64,000 nucleotides of DNA, taken from Anaeromyxobacter sp. (lineage in GTDB: Bacteria; Myxococcota; Myxococcia; Myxococcales; Anaeromyxobacteraceae). The stretch is taken from NCBI GenBank assembly GCA_035708485.1, contig DASSSJ010000118.1:155771-219770 (forward strand), read 5' to 3'. The first letter of the stretch is position 1. Every line of letters starts with the position of its first letter. The notes under the pieces are model-generated. The model was not told the origin of the DNA and did not search any database. It saw only the letters and a program-made list of their open reading frames with translations. This document shows, in pieces, positions 46,743 through 55,657 of this stretch. The translations under genes and the position numbers were made by a program.

Positions 46743-47234
46743 TCAGCGCCGCTCGGACGCGGAGACGGGGCCTCGCGCCGACCGGCGCGGGGCCCTTTCC
46801 CTTCCCGCCGCCGCGAGGAGCGCCGCGATCGGCTCCTCCTTCCGGAAGGCGGTCCCGCGGAAGAGCGCGACGACCTCGCCGCGGCCGTCGGTGACGCGGA
46901 CGTTGCACACCGAGACGCGCCGGGAGACGGACTCCTCGCGCGCCTCCGCCGTGAGGACGCCTTCGCGCGCGGCGCGCGTGAAGGTGATGCTCACGTCGAG
47001 CGCGACCGCGACGGTGCCGTGCGAGTTGGACGCGACCGCGAAGGCGAAGTCGGCGAGCGTGAACACCGCGCCGCCCTGCGCGACCCCCACGCCGTTCAGG
47101 TGGTCGCGGCGGAGCCGCATCCGCACGAGCGCGTAACCCTCGCGCGCCTCGACCAGCTTCGCGCCCGCGAGCGCGGCCCAGCGGTCGCCCTGCATGAGCC
47201 GGCGCACGAGGACGGTGGGATCGTGGGGGGGCAT
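46743..47234 (-). CDS. PaaI-family hotdog thioesterase
   Basis: HLNGVGVAQGGAVFTLADFAFAVASN, VALFRG. Confidence 0.9.
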   Translation of the reverse strand: MPPHDPTVLVRRLMQGDRWAALAGAKLVEAREGYALVRMRLRRDHLNGVGVAQGGAVFTLADFAFAVASNSHGTVAVALDVSITFTRAAREGVLTAEAREESVSRRVSVCNVRVTDGRGEVVALFRGTAFRKEEPIAALLAAAGRERAPRRSARGPVSASERR

Positions 47235-47345
47235 CCGGTTCCTCCGGGTGAGCGCGAGAGTGTACCCGAGCGGGCGCGCGGGGGGCGGGTGGTTGCGGCC
47301 GCGCGCCGGCGCGGGGCATCATCGCGCTCCATCCCGGAGGCCACC

Positions 47346-48122
47346 ATGGACGCCGCGACGCTCAACGGGCACCTCGAGAAGCACCTGCGGGTCGCGACCT
47401 TCCCCGTCGGGATCCGGTCGCTCGCGCCGGGCGAGCCGCTGCCGCCGAAGGCGAAGCGCCCGGCGAAGGACCTCGGCGTGAAGGTCGCCATCTGCCAGGC
47501 GATCGGGTTCGCCCGGCGCTACGGCTGGACGCTCGGCTTCTCCGGCGACGACCTCTCCTGCCCGATCGCGAAGGCCGCCTTCGGCTTCGCGGACCGGAAC
47601 GAGTACTACACCTCGGGCGCGCTCGCCGACGGCATGTACGCCTCGTGCCGCGAGGCCGGCGCGCGGTTCGAGGACGCGATCGCGAAGTACGAGCGGAACG
47701 AGGTCGGCGCGGTGGTGGTCGGGCCGCTCTCGCGCATCGACTTCGCCCCCGAGACGGTGCTCGTCTACGGGAACCCGGCCCAGGTGCTCCGGCTCGTGAA
47801 CGCCGCGCTCTTCGAGAAGGGCGGCGCGCTGCGCGCCGAGTCCACCGGCCGCGCCGACTGCGCCGACATCGTGATCCGCACGCGGCGCACGGGCGAGCCG
47901 CAGCTCGTCCTCCCCTGCTACGGCGACCGGATCTTCGGGATGACGGCCGACGACGAGATGGCCTTCACGTTCCCGTTCCAGGCGGCCGAGGGGATCGTGA
48001 AGGGGCTCGAGGGGACGCACGCCGGCGGCGTGCGCTACCCGATCCCCGTCTACCTCCGCTGGCAGGGGGAGTTCCCGAAGTCGTACCAGGAGCTCGAGCG
48101 GCTCTGGTCCCAGGGGAGGTAG
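47346..48122 (+). CDS. DUF169 family protein
   Basis: GGAGG RBS; ICQAIGFARRYG, SCP, NPAQ, ADC, PCYGDR. Confidence 0.85.
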   Translation: MDAATLNGHLEKHLRVATFPVGIRSLAPGEPLPPKAKRPAKDLGVKVAICQAIGFARRYGWTLGFSGDDLSCPIAKAAFGFADRNEYYTSGALADGMYASCREAGARFEDAIAKYERNEVGAVVVGPLSRIDFAPETVLVYGNPAQVLRLVNAALFEKGGALRAESTGRADCADIVIRTRRTGEPQLVLPCYGDRIFGMTADDEMAFTFPFQAAEGIVKGLEGTHAGGVRYPIPVYLRWQGEFPKSYQELERLWSQGR

Positions 48123-48129
48123 GCCCGCG

Positions 48130-48351
48130 ATGACGGACCTCGCCGACCTCTGGTTCGCGGTCGCCCTCCTCGCCGCGAGCGGCGTCGCCGTCTGGCAGGG
48201 CGCCCGGATCGCGCTGCGCCGCCGGATCGAGAACCCGTTCCTGTCCGCGACGGGCGGCAAGGCGCTCGCCGTCGGCCTCGGGGTCCTCGCGCTCGGGCTC
48301 GTGGGCGCGCTCGTCGCCGTGCTGGAGGGGCTCCGGCTCCGCGCCGGGTAG
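48130..48351 (+). CDS. Small 2-TM membrane protein
   Basis: GGAGG RBS, two hydrophobic helices, GC3 bias. Confidence 0.65.
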   Translation: MTDLADLWFAVALLAASGVAVWQGARIALRRRIENPFLSATGGKALAVGLGVLALGLVGALVAVLEGLRLRAG

Positions 48352-48435
48352 CCGGCGCGGGTACCCGCCCGGGCCTTGCCGCCGCGGCTCGGCCGGGAGA
48401 AGCCACCGGAGCGCACCCCGCGCGCCGGAGGCCCG

Positions 48436-48834
48436 ATGGTCGAAGCCCACGCCTGGAACGAGCAGCTCGACCTCGCCCACGAGGCGATGGACCACGAGCA
48501 CCACCTCCAGATCGCGCTCCTCTCGGGGTTCGCCGACGCGGTGGAGCAGCGCCGCCCGTGGCTCGCCCGCAGGCTCGCGGAGCAGCTCGTGCGCTACAGC
48601 GCCGTGCACTTCGCGAGCGAGGAGCTGCTCATGGAGGCGAGCGGCTACGAGCCGCGCGGCGCGCACGCGAGCGAGCACGCCGCCTTCCTCGCGCAGATGC
48701 GCGAGCTCGGGGCGGGCTACGACGGCGCGGGCGGCGAGGCGGCGCTCGCCGCGGCCCTCGAGCTGCGCGCCGCGCTCGCGGCGCACATCGCGGACGCGGA
48801 CCGCAGGCTCGCCCAGCACGCGCGCGCGCGCTAG
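48436..48834 (+). CDS. Bacteriohemerythrin
   Basis: DHEH, HFASEE, HASEH, HIADAD iron-ligand pattern. Confidence 0.9.
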   Translation: MVEAHAWNEQLDLAHEAMDHEHHLQIALLSGFADAVEQRRPWLARRLAEQLVRYSAVHFASEELLMEASGYEPRGAHASEHAAFLAQMRELGAGYDGAGGEAALAAALELRAALAAHIADADRRLAQHARAR

Positions 48835-49175
48835 CCCGCCGCCGCGCGCAGGACGTCGTCGAGCCGGCGGGAGAGCTCTCCGCGCGAGAGCACCTCGTCG
48901 GCGCCCGCCGCCGCGGCGGCGCGCGCGAGGTCCACCTCGAGGTGACCGAGGAAGCCCACGATCCGCACGCCGCCCGCGGCCTTCGCGGCGCGGATCTCCT
49001 CGAGGGCGCCGGGCTCGGACAGGTCGACGAGGATCGTCCCGGAGGGCAGGGCGCGCGCGCCCTCGGAGAGCGGCGTCCCGCGCGGCAGGAGCCGGACGTC
49101 GAGGCCGAGCCGCTCGGCCGCGGCCTGGATCCGGGAGCGGAACAGGAGGTCGCGCACGGCGACGAGGACGGGCAT
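48831..49175 (-). CDS. Atypical receiver-like small protein
   Basis: MPVLVAVRDLLFRSRI, ILVDL, VGFLGH, AGADEVLSR. Confidence 0.7.
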   Translation of the reverse strand: MPVLVAVRDLLFRSRIQAAAERLGLDVRLLPRGTPLSEGARALPSGTILVDLSEPGALEEIRAAKAAGGVRIVGFLGHLEVDLARAAAAAGADEVLSRGELSRRLDDVLRAAAG

Positions 49176-49225
49176 GCCCGCGTCGTAAGCGGGCGCCGGC
49201 GCGTGCGCCACCGGACCGGGCGCCG

Positions 49226-49642
49226 TCAGTCGTGCTCGCCGCCGCCGTGGCAGTCGTTGCAGCCGCAGACGCTGCCGGAGCAGCAGTGCCCCACGTCGAG
49301 GCAGGTGCCGGCCGCCGTGGACGGGGCCGGCACCGGGTCGGGCATGAGCTCCCCCCCGACGCTGACCCTGACCGGGTACCGGAGCGGCTCCCGGGTGTAG
49401 AAGTTTCCCGCCTGGTTCGCGGTGATCGTGAAGCTCCGCGTGCCGGGCGCGACCTCCGTGATCGTGACGGCCTGCCCCTCGCCGCCGAAGGTGCCGGCGA
49501 GGGTCCAGGCCACCGCGCTCTCCTCGCCGCCCGTGCCGCCGTGGCACTCGAGGCAGTCGTCGCCGGGCTCCATCATCGGCCCGTTCTCCGGGATGCACCC
49601 CCCGAGCAGCGCGGCGAGCGCGACCGCGGCGAGCGGCTTCAT
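49226..49642 (-). CDS. Diheme cytochrome c lipoprotein
   Basis: LLGGC lipobox; CLECH and CNDCH; Met residues as possible axial ligands. Confidence 0.75.
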   Translation of the reverse strand: MKPLAAVALAALLGGCIPENGPMMEPGDDCLECHGGTGGEESAVAWTLAGTFGGEGQAVTITEVAPGTRSFTITANQAGNFYTREPLRYPVRVSVGGELMPDPVPAPSTAAGTCLDVGHCCSGSVCGCNDCHGGGEHD

Positions 49643-49643
49643 G

Positions 49644-50195
49644 TCATCCCCTCCTCAGCTTGAGGTCGAACTCGACGCCGAGCGCGTCGTCCACCTTGAT
49701 CATCAGGAGCGAGGGCCGCGCGATCCCGTGCGCCTCCAGGCTGACGTTCACCTTGCCCTTCACCGAGGCGGAGCCGTCGTCGGCGAACTGGAGCGTGACG
49801 GGGACCTCGAGCGCGTGCTTCACGCCGTGGAACTCGAGCTCGCCCGCGAGCGTGGCCGGGATCGCCTTCCCGTGCGACGCGGGGAGGACGAGGCTCGTCA
49901 CCCCCTTGAACACGACGAACGGGTGGCGCGCCGCCTGGAGCGTGTCGCGCATGTTCGAGTCCCGGTTCGCGTCGCCGGAGTCGAAGCTCGAGACCGGGAC
50001 GCGCACCATCGCGAGCACCTTGCCGTCGGGCTGGACGACGGCCTTCCCCTCGATGCTCGACGAGCGGCCGTCGGCCGCGTGGAGCTTGTGGTGCAGGTGG
50101 TAGGTGATCGTGCTGCGGGCGGCGTCGACGGAGTAGGCCTGCGGCTCGGGCGCGCCGGCGGCGAGCAGGGCGAGGACGGCGAGGGACGGGAACAT
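49644..50195 (-). CDS. YceI-family periplasmic protein
   Basis: Signal peptide; FDSGDANRDSNM, GELEFHGV, HGIARPS. Confidence 0.9.
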   Translation of the reverse strand: MFPSLAVLALLAAGAPEPQAYSVDAARSTITYHLHHKLHAADGRSSSIEGKAVVQPDGKVLAMVRVPVSSFDSGDANRDSNMRDTLQAARHPFVVFKGVTSLVLPASHGKAIPATLAGELEFHGVKHALEVPVTLQFADDGSASVKGKVNVSLEAHGIARPSLLMIKVDDALGVEFDLKLRRG

Positions 50196-50203
50196 GGGAT
50201 CTC

Positions 50204-50890
50204 CTAGAAGACGAGCGCGCCGACGGCGACGCCGGTCGCGGCGAGAGTCCCGTATCCGATGATGAGGTGCGTCTTCCCGATCTGCTCCTGATCGAGGTAG
50301 CCCTCACGATTCCGCGTCTGGATCCCGTAGACCGCCTGCGCGACCATCCCGGCCGTGGCGAGGAGCATCCCGAGCTTGTGCACGCGCACACGGTCCCACC
50401 CGCGATCCGGCTTCTGCGCGGGGCGTGGCGCGAGCAACGCGAGGGTCCCCCCCACCGCGAACACGCCGAAGGTGGTGTAGGCGAGCGCCTTGTGCGAGAG
50501 CTCGTAACGTCCGGTGTTCGCGGTCCCGAACTTGTCGCTGTAGTTGAGCTGGCCGGCGACGATCGTCGCGATCTCGAGCCCCAGCACCCCGAGGCCGACC
50601 TGCTGGTGCCGGTGGAGGAGCTTGCGGCGCGTGCCCATCCGCGCGTCGTCCTTGGACGGCGCCGGCACGGTCGGCTTGCCGAGCAGGTCGAAGTCGAGCG
50701 AGCTCGACGGCGGCGCCGCGGCGAGCGCGACGACGAGCGGCGCGCGTGCGCGGCCCCCTTCGAGCGAGAGCTCGCCGTCGAGGAGCCGGAGCGCGCGCGC
50801 GGATCGCGGCGCCGCCGCCAGGACGGCGAGCGCGAGCAGCGCGATCGGCGGCGGTACGCGGAAGCGACGCTCGGGACGCGGGACGTTCAT
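50204..50890 (-). CDS. Membrane protein with four His-bearing helices (cytochrome b-like?)
   Basis: Signal-like N-terminus; His precedes each of four hydrophobic segments (RHQ, SHK, VHK, THL). Confidence 0.65.
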   Translation of the reverse strand: MNVPRPERRFRVPPPIALLALAVLAAAPRSARALRLLDGELSLEGGRARAPLVVALAAAPPSSSLDFDLLGKPTVPAPSKDDARMGTRRKLLHRHQQVGLGVLGLEIATIVAGQLNYSDKFGTANTGRYELSHKALAYTTFGVFAVGGTLALLAPRPAQKPDRGWDRVRVHKLGMLLATAGMVAQAVYGIQTRNREGYLDQEQIGKTHLIIGYGTLAATGVAVGALVF

Positions 50891-51093
50891 GGCAGGACCC
50901 CTCCGGCGCGGCAGCCACCACCCTAGACCCGCGCTCCCCGAGGCGGCAGCCTACCCGTCGGGCACCGCGACGCGACGCCGCACGTGGGCAGCCGCGGCCC
51001 CGGAAGTGACCTTGCGCGGACCGCGCGTTTGCGCGGGCAGACCGCGACACGTACGGTGAATCGCGGGTTTCCCGGGATCGAGCGGAGGTCTCA

Positions 51094-51858
51094 ATGGATC
51101 GGGGCGGCTGGAAGGCGCGGCTCTTCGGACCGCTTCAGGTGGCGCTGACGCTCCTCCTCTTCGCGGAGGCGATCGCCGTCCTCGGCGCCGCGCTCTCCCC
51201 GGCCGTGGCCCTCTTCGCCTGGGCCGAGGCGCGGCTCCCGGCGGAGGGCGCCCTCCGCGCGCTCGGCGTCGGCGTCGCGCTCGCGGCGGGGTACTTCGCG
51301 TTCGGGCTCGCGCTCCTCGTCGTCGTCCCGCTCGCGCGCTGGCTCACCCTCGCCCGCGGGACGCCCGTCGGGCGGTTCCCGTTCCTCTCGGCGGGCGCGT
51401 GGCGGTGGGCGAGCTACAACGCCCTCACGCTCATGGTCCGGTTCACGTTCGTGAACTGGATCCGGGTGACGCCGTTCCTGCCCCTCTACCACCGGCTCAT
51501 GGGGGCGCGGATCGGCAAGCGCGTCCAGATCAACACGGCGGTCGTCGCCGACCAGAACCTGATCACGATCGGCGACGACACCGTGATCGGCGGCGACGTC
51601 ACGCTCGTGTGCCACTCCGCCGAGCGGGGCCACCTCGTGACGGCGCCGGTCTCGATCGGGAGCGGCGTGACCGTCGGCCTCATGGCCGTCGTGTTCCCCG
51701 GCTGCACCATCGGCGACGGCGCGATGATCTCCGCGGGGTCGGTCCTGTCGAAGGGGACGAAGGTGGGGCCGGGCGAGATCTGGGCGGGCGTCCCGGCGCG
51801 GCGCGTCGGGCGCAGGCGGCCCGGGGCCGCGGCGGCGCCCGCCGCGGCCTCGCCCTGA
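51094..51858 (+). CDS. Membrane-anchored hexapeptide-repeat (left-handed beta-helix) acyltransferase
   Basis: GGAGG RBS; GARIGKRVQI, IGDDTVIG, IGSGVTVG, WAGVPAR. Confidence 0.85.
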   Translation: MDRGGWKARLFGPLQVALTLLLFAEAIAVLGAALSPAVALFAWAEARLPAEGALRALGVGVALAAGYFAFGLALLVVVPLARWLTLARGTPVGRFPFLSAGAWRWASYNALTLMVRFTFVNWIRVTPFLPLYHRLMGARIGKRVQINTAVVADQNLITIGDDTVIGGDVTLVCHSAERGHLVTAPVSIGSGVTVGLMAVVFPGCTIGDGAMISAGSVLSKGTKVGPGEIWAGVPARRVGRRRPGAAAAPAAASP

Positions 51859-51906
51859 GGGGGTCCCGCGCGCCCCCCGGTCGCCCCGGGGCGGCGCGGG
51901 AACGGC

Positions 51907-52893
51907 TCACTTCGCGGGGCCGGCCGACCCCGCGCTCGCCTGCGCCAGCACCTTGTTCCAGCGCGCGACCTCGCTCTCGACGAGCTTGCGCAGCCCCTCC
52001 GGCGTGCGCGCCTCCTTGTTCGACAGGTCGCCGCCCAGGTCGAGGATCCGCTTGCTCGTCGCCGGGTCCTCGACCGCCTTCACGAGCGCCGCGCTCAGCT
52101 TCTTCACGACGTCGGCGGGCGTGCCCTTCGGCGCGAACACGGCGTTCCACGCGGACACCTGGTAGTCCGGCAGCCCCGCCTCCTTGGTGGTCGGGACGTC
52201 CGGCAGCGCGGGCGAGCGCTGCGGCAGCGCGACCGCGTAGGCCTTAATCGTCCCCGCCTGGATCTGCGGGACGAGGTTCACGATCTGATCGCACATGTAG
52301 TCCACCTGGCCGGCGACGAGGTCGTTGAGGGCGGGGCCCGTGCCGCGGTACGTGACGCGCGTCGGCCGCGCGCCCGTCAGCGAGTTGAAGAGCGTGCAGG
52401 TCGTGAACGAGACGGAGCCGACGCCGGCGTGGGCCTCGTTCAGCTTCTCGGAGTTCGCCTTCAGGTAGGCGACGAACTCCTTGAGGTCCTTCGCCGGGAA
52501 GTCCTTCTTCGCGACGATCAGGATGGGCGTGCCCGCCGCGAGGCCGATCGGCGCGAAGTCCTTCACCGGATCGTACTTGAGATCCGGGTAGACCGCGGGC
52601 GCGGCGCCGTGGGTCCCCATGTGACCCATCATGATGGTGTAGCCGTCCGGCGCCGACTGCGCGGCGCGGGTGATGCCGGTGGTGCCGCCCGCGCCGGCGA
52701 CGTTCTCGATGACGATCTGCTGGCCGAGCGTGCGCGACATGTGCTCGGCGACGATCCGCGCGATGACGTCGGTCGGACCCCCGGCGGCGAAGGGGACGAC
52801 CATGGTGATGGGACGCTCCGGGTACGCGGCGCGCGCGGCCGCGGGGGAGGCGAGGACGGCCGCGAGGGCCAGGGACGACACGAGCGACTTCAT
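51907..52893 (-). CDS. tctC: Tripartite tricarboxylate transporter substrate-binding protein (Bug)
   Basis: YPERPITMVVPFAAGGPTD, ENVAGAGG, PDGYT, YRG, PDVPT. Confidence 0.93.
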   Translation of the reverse strand: MKSLVSSLALAAVLASPAAARAAYPERPITMVVPFAAGGPTDVIARIVAEHMSRTLGQQIVIENVAGAGGTTGITRAAQSAPDGYTIMMGHMGTHGAAPAVYPDLKYDPVKDFAPIGLAAGTPILIVAKKDFPAKDLKEFVAYLKANSEKLNEAHAGVGSVSFTTCTLFNSLTGARPTRVTYRGTGPALNDLVAGQVDYMCDQIVNLVPQIQAGTIKAYAVALPQRSPALPDVPTTKEAGLPDYQVSAWNAVFAPKGTPADVVKKLSAALVKAVEDPATSKRILDLGGDLSNKEARTPEGLRKLVESEVARWNKVLAQASAGSAGPAK

Positions 52894-52907
52894 GCGTTGC
52901 ACTCCTT

Positions 52908-54410
52908 TCACTCCGAGAAGACCTCCTCGCGGCGCCGGCGAATCGACGGCAGGACGGCGAGCGCGAGCACGACGACGGCGGTGGCGAGCAGCCCCGCGCT
53001 GATGGGGCGGTGCACGAAGGTGGCGAGGCTGCCGCGCGAGAGGGCGAGGGCGCGGCGCAGGTTCTCCTCCATCAGGCGCCCGAGCACGAACCCGAGGAGG
53101 AGCGGCGCGGTCTCGAAGTCGAGCTTCGAGAGGGCGTACCCCGCGAGCGCGAGGAGCGCCGTCAGCAGGACGTCGCCCGGCGAGCTGTTCACCGAGTAGA
53201 TGCCGATGCAGGAGAAGAGCAGGATCGCCGGGAACATCAGCCGGTAGGGGACCCCGAGGAGCCTCACCCAGAGCCCCACGAGCGGCAGGTTGATCACGAG
53301 CAGCATCAGGTTCCCGATCCACATGCTCGCGATGACGCCCCAGAAGAGCGTCGGGTTCCTGGTCATGACGAGCGGGCCGGGCACGATCCCGTGGATCGTC
53401 ATCGCGCCGACCATGAGCGCCATCACCGCGTTGGGCGGGATCCCCAGGGCGAGCAGCGGCACGAACGAGGTCTGGGCGCCGGCGTTGTTCGCCGCCTCGG
53501 GGCCGGCGACGCCCTCGATCGCCCCCTGCCCGAAGCGCCGCGGGTCCCGCGCGAGCCGCTTCTCGACGGTGTAGGAGGCGAACGGGCCGAGCACGGCGCC
53601 GTTCCCGGGGAGGATCCCGAGCGCGGCGCCGAGCACGCTCCCCCGCACCACGGGAAACACGGCGCGCGCGAGGTCGGCGCGGTCGGGGAGGAGCTTCCCG
53701 ATCGGGCGGTCCACGACGTCCCGCCGCGCGACGACCTCGAGGTTCCGGAGCACCTCGGCGAACCCGAACAGGCCCATCGCGAGCACCGCGAAGTCGAGCC
53801 CGTCCGACAGCGGGGCGTATCCGAAGGTCATCCGCTCGACGCCGGTCTCGAGGTCCTGCCCCACGGTCGAGACGAGGACGCCGAGCAGGATCATGCCCAT
53901 GGCCTTCAGGATCGAGCCGCGCGCGAGCACCACGGCGAAGGCGAGCCCGGCCACCATGAGCGAGAAGTACTCGGCCGCGCCGAACAGGAGCGCGAGCTTC
54001 GTGAGCGGGACCGCGAGCGCCGCGACGACGAGCGTCCCGAGGCTGCCGGCGAAGAACGAGCCGAGCGCGGCGACGCCCAGCGCGACGCCGGCGCGCCCCT
54101 GCTTCGCCATGGCGTGCCCGTCGATGGTCGTCACGACCGCGGTCACCTCGCCCGGGATGTTGACGAGGATCGCCGTCGTCGAGCCGCCGTACTGCGCCCC
54201 GTAGTAGATGCCCGCGAGCAGGATGATCGCGCCCGTCGGCTCGAGCCCGAACGTGATGGGCAGGAGCATCGTGATCGTCGCGATCGGCCCGATGCCCGGG
54301 AGGACGCCGATGAGCGTGCCGATCAGGCAGCCGACGAGCGCGAGCCCCAGGTTCTGGAGCGTGAACGCGACCGAGAAGCCGAGCCCGAGGTTGTGGAGGA
54401 GGGCGTCCAT
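52908..54410 (-). CDS. tctA: Tripartite tricarboxylate transporter large permease
   Basis: GVLPGIG, YYGAQYGGS, GPEAANNA, LGIP, PGP. Confidence 0.95.
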   Translation of the reverse strand: MDALLHNLGLGFSVAFTLQNLGLALVGCLIGTLIGVLPGIGPIATITMLLPITFGLEPTGAIILLAGIYYGAQYGGSTTAILVNIPGEVTAVVTTIDGHAMAKQGRAGVALGVAALGSFFAGSLGTLVVAALAVPLTKLALLFGAAEYFSLMVAGLAFAVVLARGSILKAMGMILLGVLVSTVGQDLETGVERMTFGYAPLSDGLDFAVLAMGLFGFAEVLRNLEVVARRDVVDRPIGKLLPDRADLARAVFPVVRGSVLGAALGILPGNGAVLGPFASYTVEKRLARDPRRFGQGAIEGVAGPEAANNAGAQTSFVPLLALGIPPNAVMALMVGAMTIHGIVPGPLVMTRNPTLFWGVIASMWIGNLMLLVINLPLVGLWVRLLGVPYRLMFPAILLFSCIGIYSVNSSPGDVLLTALLALAGYALSKLDFETAPLLLGFVLGRLMEENLRRALALSRGSLATFVHRPISAGLLATAVVVLALAVLPSIRRRREEVFSE

Positions 54411-54412
54411 GC

Positions 54413-54904
54413 TCAGAGGTTCACCACCCCCGGGATGACGAGCACGGGGATGGGGAGGCCGAGCGCGTACCGGAACAGGCCGACGCAGAACGCGGTCATG
54501 ACGAGCGCGAACAGGGCGAGCTCGCGAGGGCGGCTCTCCGCGGACGCGGCGCCGCTCACGAGGACGACGAGCGGCCCCGCCACCGCGAGGCCGACGGTGC
54601 GGATGGTGAGCGCGAAGGCGACGACCGCGAGCGACACGAACACCGGGCCGCGCAGCGGCCAGCGGCCGAGGGACGGACCGTCCTTGACGAGCGACAGCGC
54701 GGCGACGGCGAGCCCCACGGCGCCCACCGCGACGGCGACGGACCGCGGCAGCATCCCGGGACCGAGCCCGCGCATCGTCCCCGTGGCGAGGTCGGCGGTC
54801 GCGGCGAGCGCGCACACCGCGAGCGCGACGAGCGACGCGCCGGCGACGAAGTCGCGCGGCGAGCGGATCGTCGCGCGGCCGGGCGCGGCGCTCTCCATGG
54901 GCAT
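54413..54904 (-). CDS. tctB: Tripartite tricarboxylate transporter small permease
   Basis: GPGMLP, four TMs, LFRYALGLPIP. Confidence 0.88.
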   Translation of the reverse strand: MPMESAAPGRATIRSPRDFVAGASLVALAVCALAATADLATGTMRGLGPGMLPRSVAVAVGAVGLAVAALSLVKDGPSLGRWPLRGPVFVSLAVVAFALTIRTVGLAVAGPLVVLVSGAASAESRPRELALFALVMTAFCVGLFRYALGLPIPVLVIPGVVNL

Positions 54905-55162
54905 CGAACCTCCCGTCGCGAAGGGGGGATGCACTTGATGGCGCTCCGCGGGGGGGCCTGCCGTGCTCGGATGGGTGCGGACGGCCGATCTCCGGGCACC
55001 ACGACCCCGCCGGCCCCGGCCGCCGGCGCGCGCGGCCGGCGGGGCGACCCGCGCGTGGCGCCTCCTCGTGCGGGAGGGTCCATCCCGCCGCTCGCTCCCC
55101 GCCCCCTCGCCGCGCCGGCCCTCGCCTGGGCGGCCGCCGGGCGCCGCCGTCGCGCGCGCCCG

Positions 55163-55657
55163 TCACCCGTGGTGCGACCGCGCCATCTTCTCCGGCGCGT
55201 TCCGCCGGAGCACGACGAGCGACGCGACGAGCACGACGATGAGGACCGTCAGGAGCCCGAGCTCCCACATCACGTGCCGGAACAGGCGCTCCTCGGACCC
55301 GTCCTGCGCGCTGAACTCCGCGGTGATCACGAGGATGCGCCGGACCGCGGCGATGAGCGCGACGAGCAGGAACGGCTCGGGGACGAGCGCGTGCTCGCGG
55401 AACGAGACCTGCACGGTGTACAGCAGCTCGACGACCATGAGCGCGAGCAGGATCCGGTCGAGCACCGCCACGACGGCGCGCAGGTCGAGCCCGGTCGAGG
55501 CGGAGCGCGCGATCTCGACCGCGCCCTGCACGAGCATGATCGCGGCGGTGAGCGCGAGCAGCACGCCGAGCACGACGTAGACGCCGTCCTGGACGCCGGA
55601 GAAGACGACCGAGACGAGCCGTCGCGCTCCGCTCTCCTTCGGCTCGGGCGCGCTCAC
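55163..55657 (-). CDS. PsiE-family membrane protein
   Basis: LDRILLALMVVELLYTV and EPFLLVALIAAVRRILVIT. Confidence 0.85.
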   Translation of the reverse strand: MSAPEPKESGARRLVSVVFSGVQDGVYVVLGVLLALTAAIMLVQGAVEIARSASTGLDLRAVVAVLDRILLALMVVELLYTVQVSFREHALVPEPFLLVALIAAVRRILVITAEFSAQDGSEERLFRHVMWELGLLTVLIVVLVASLVVLRRNAPEKMARSHHG

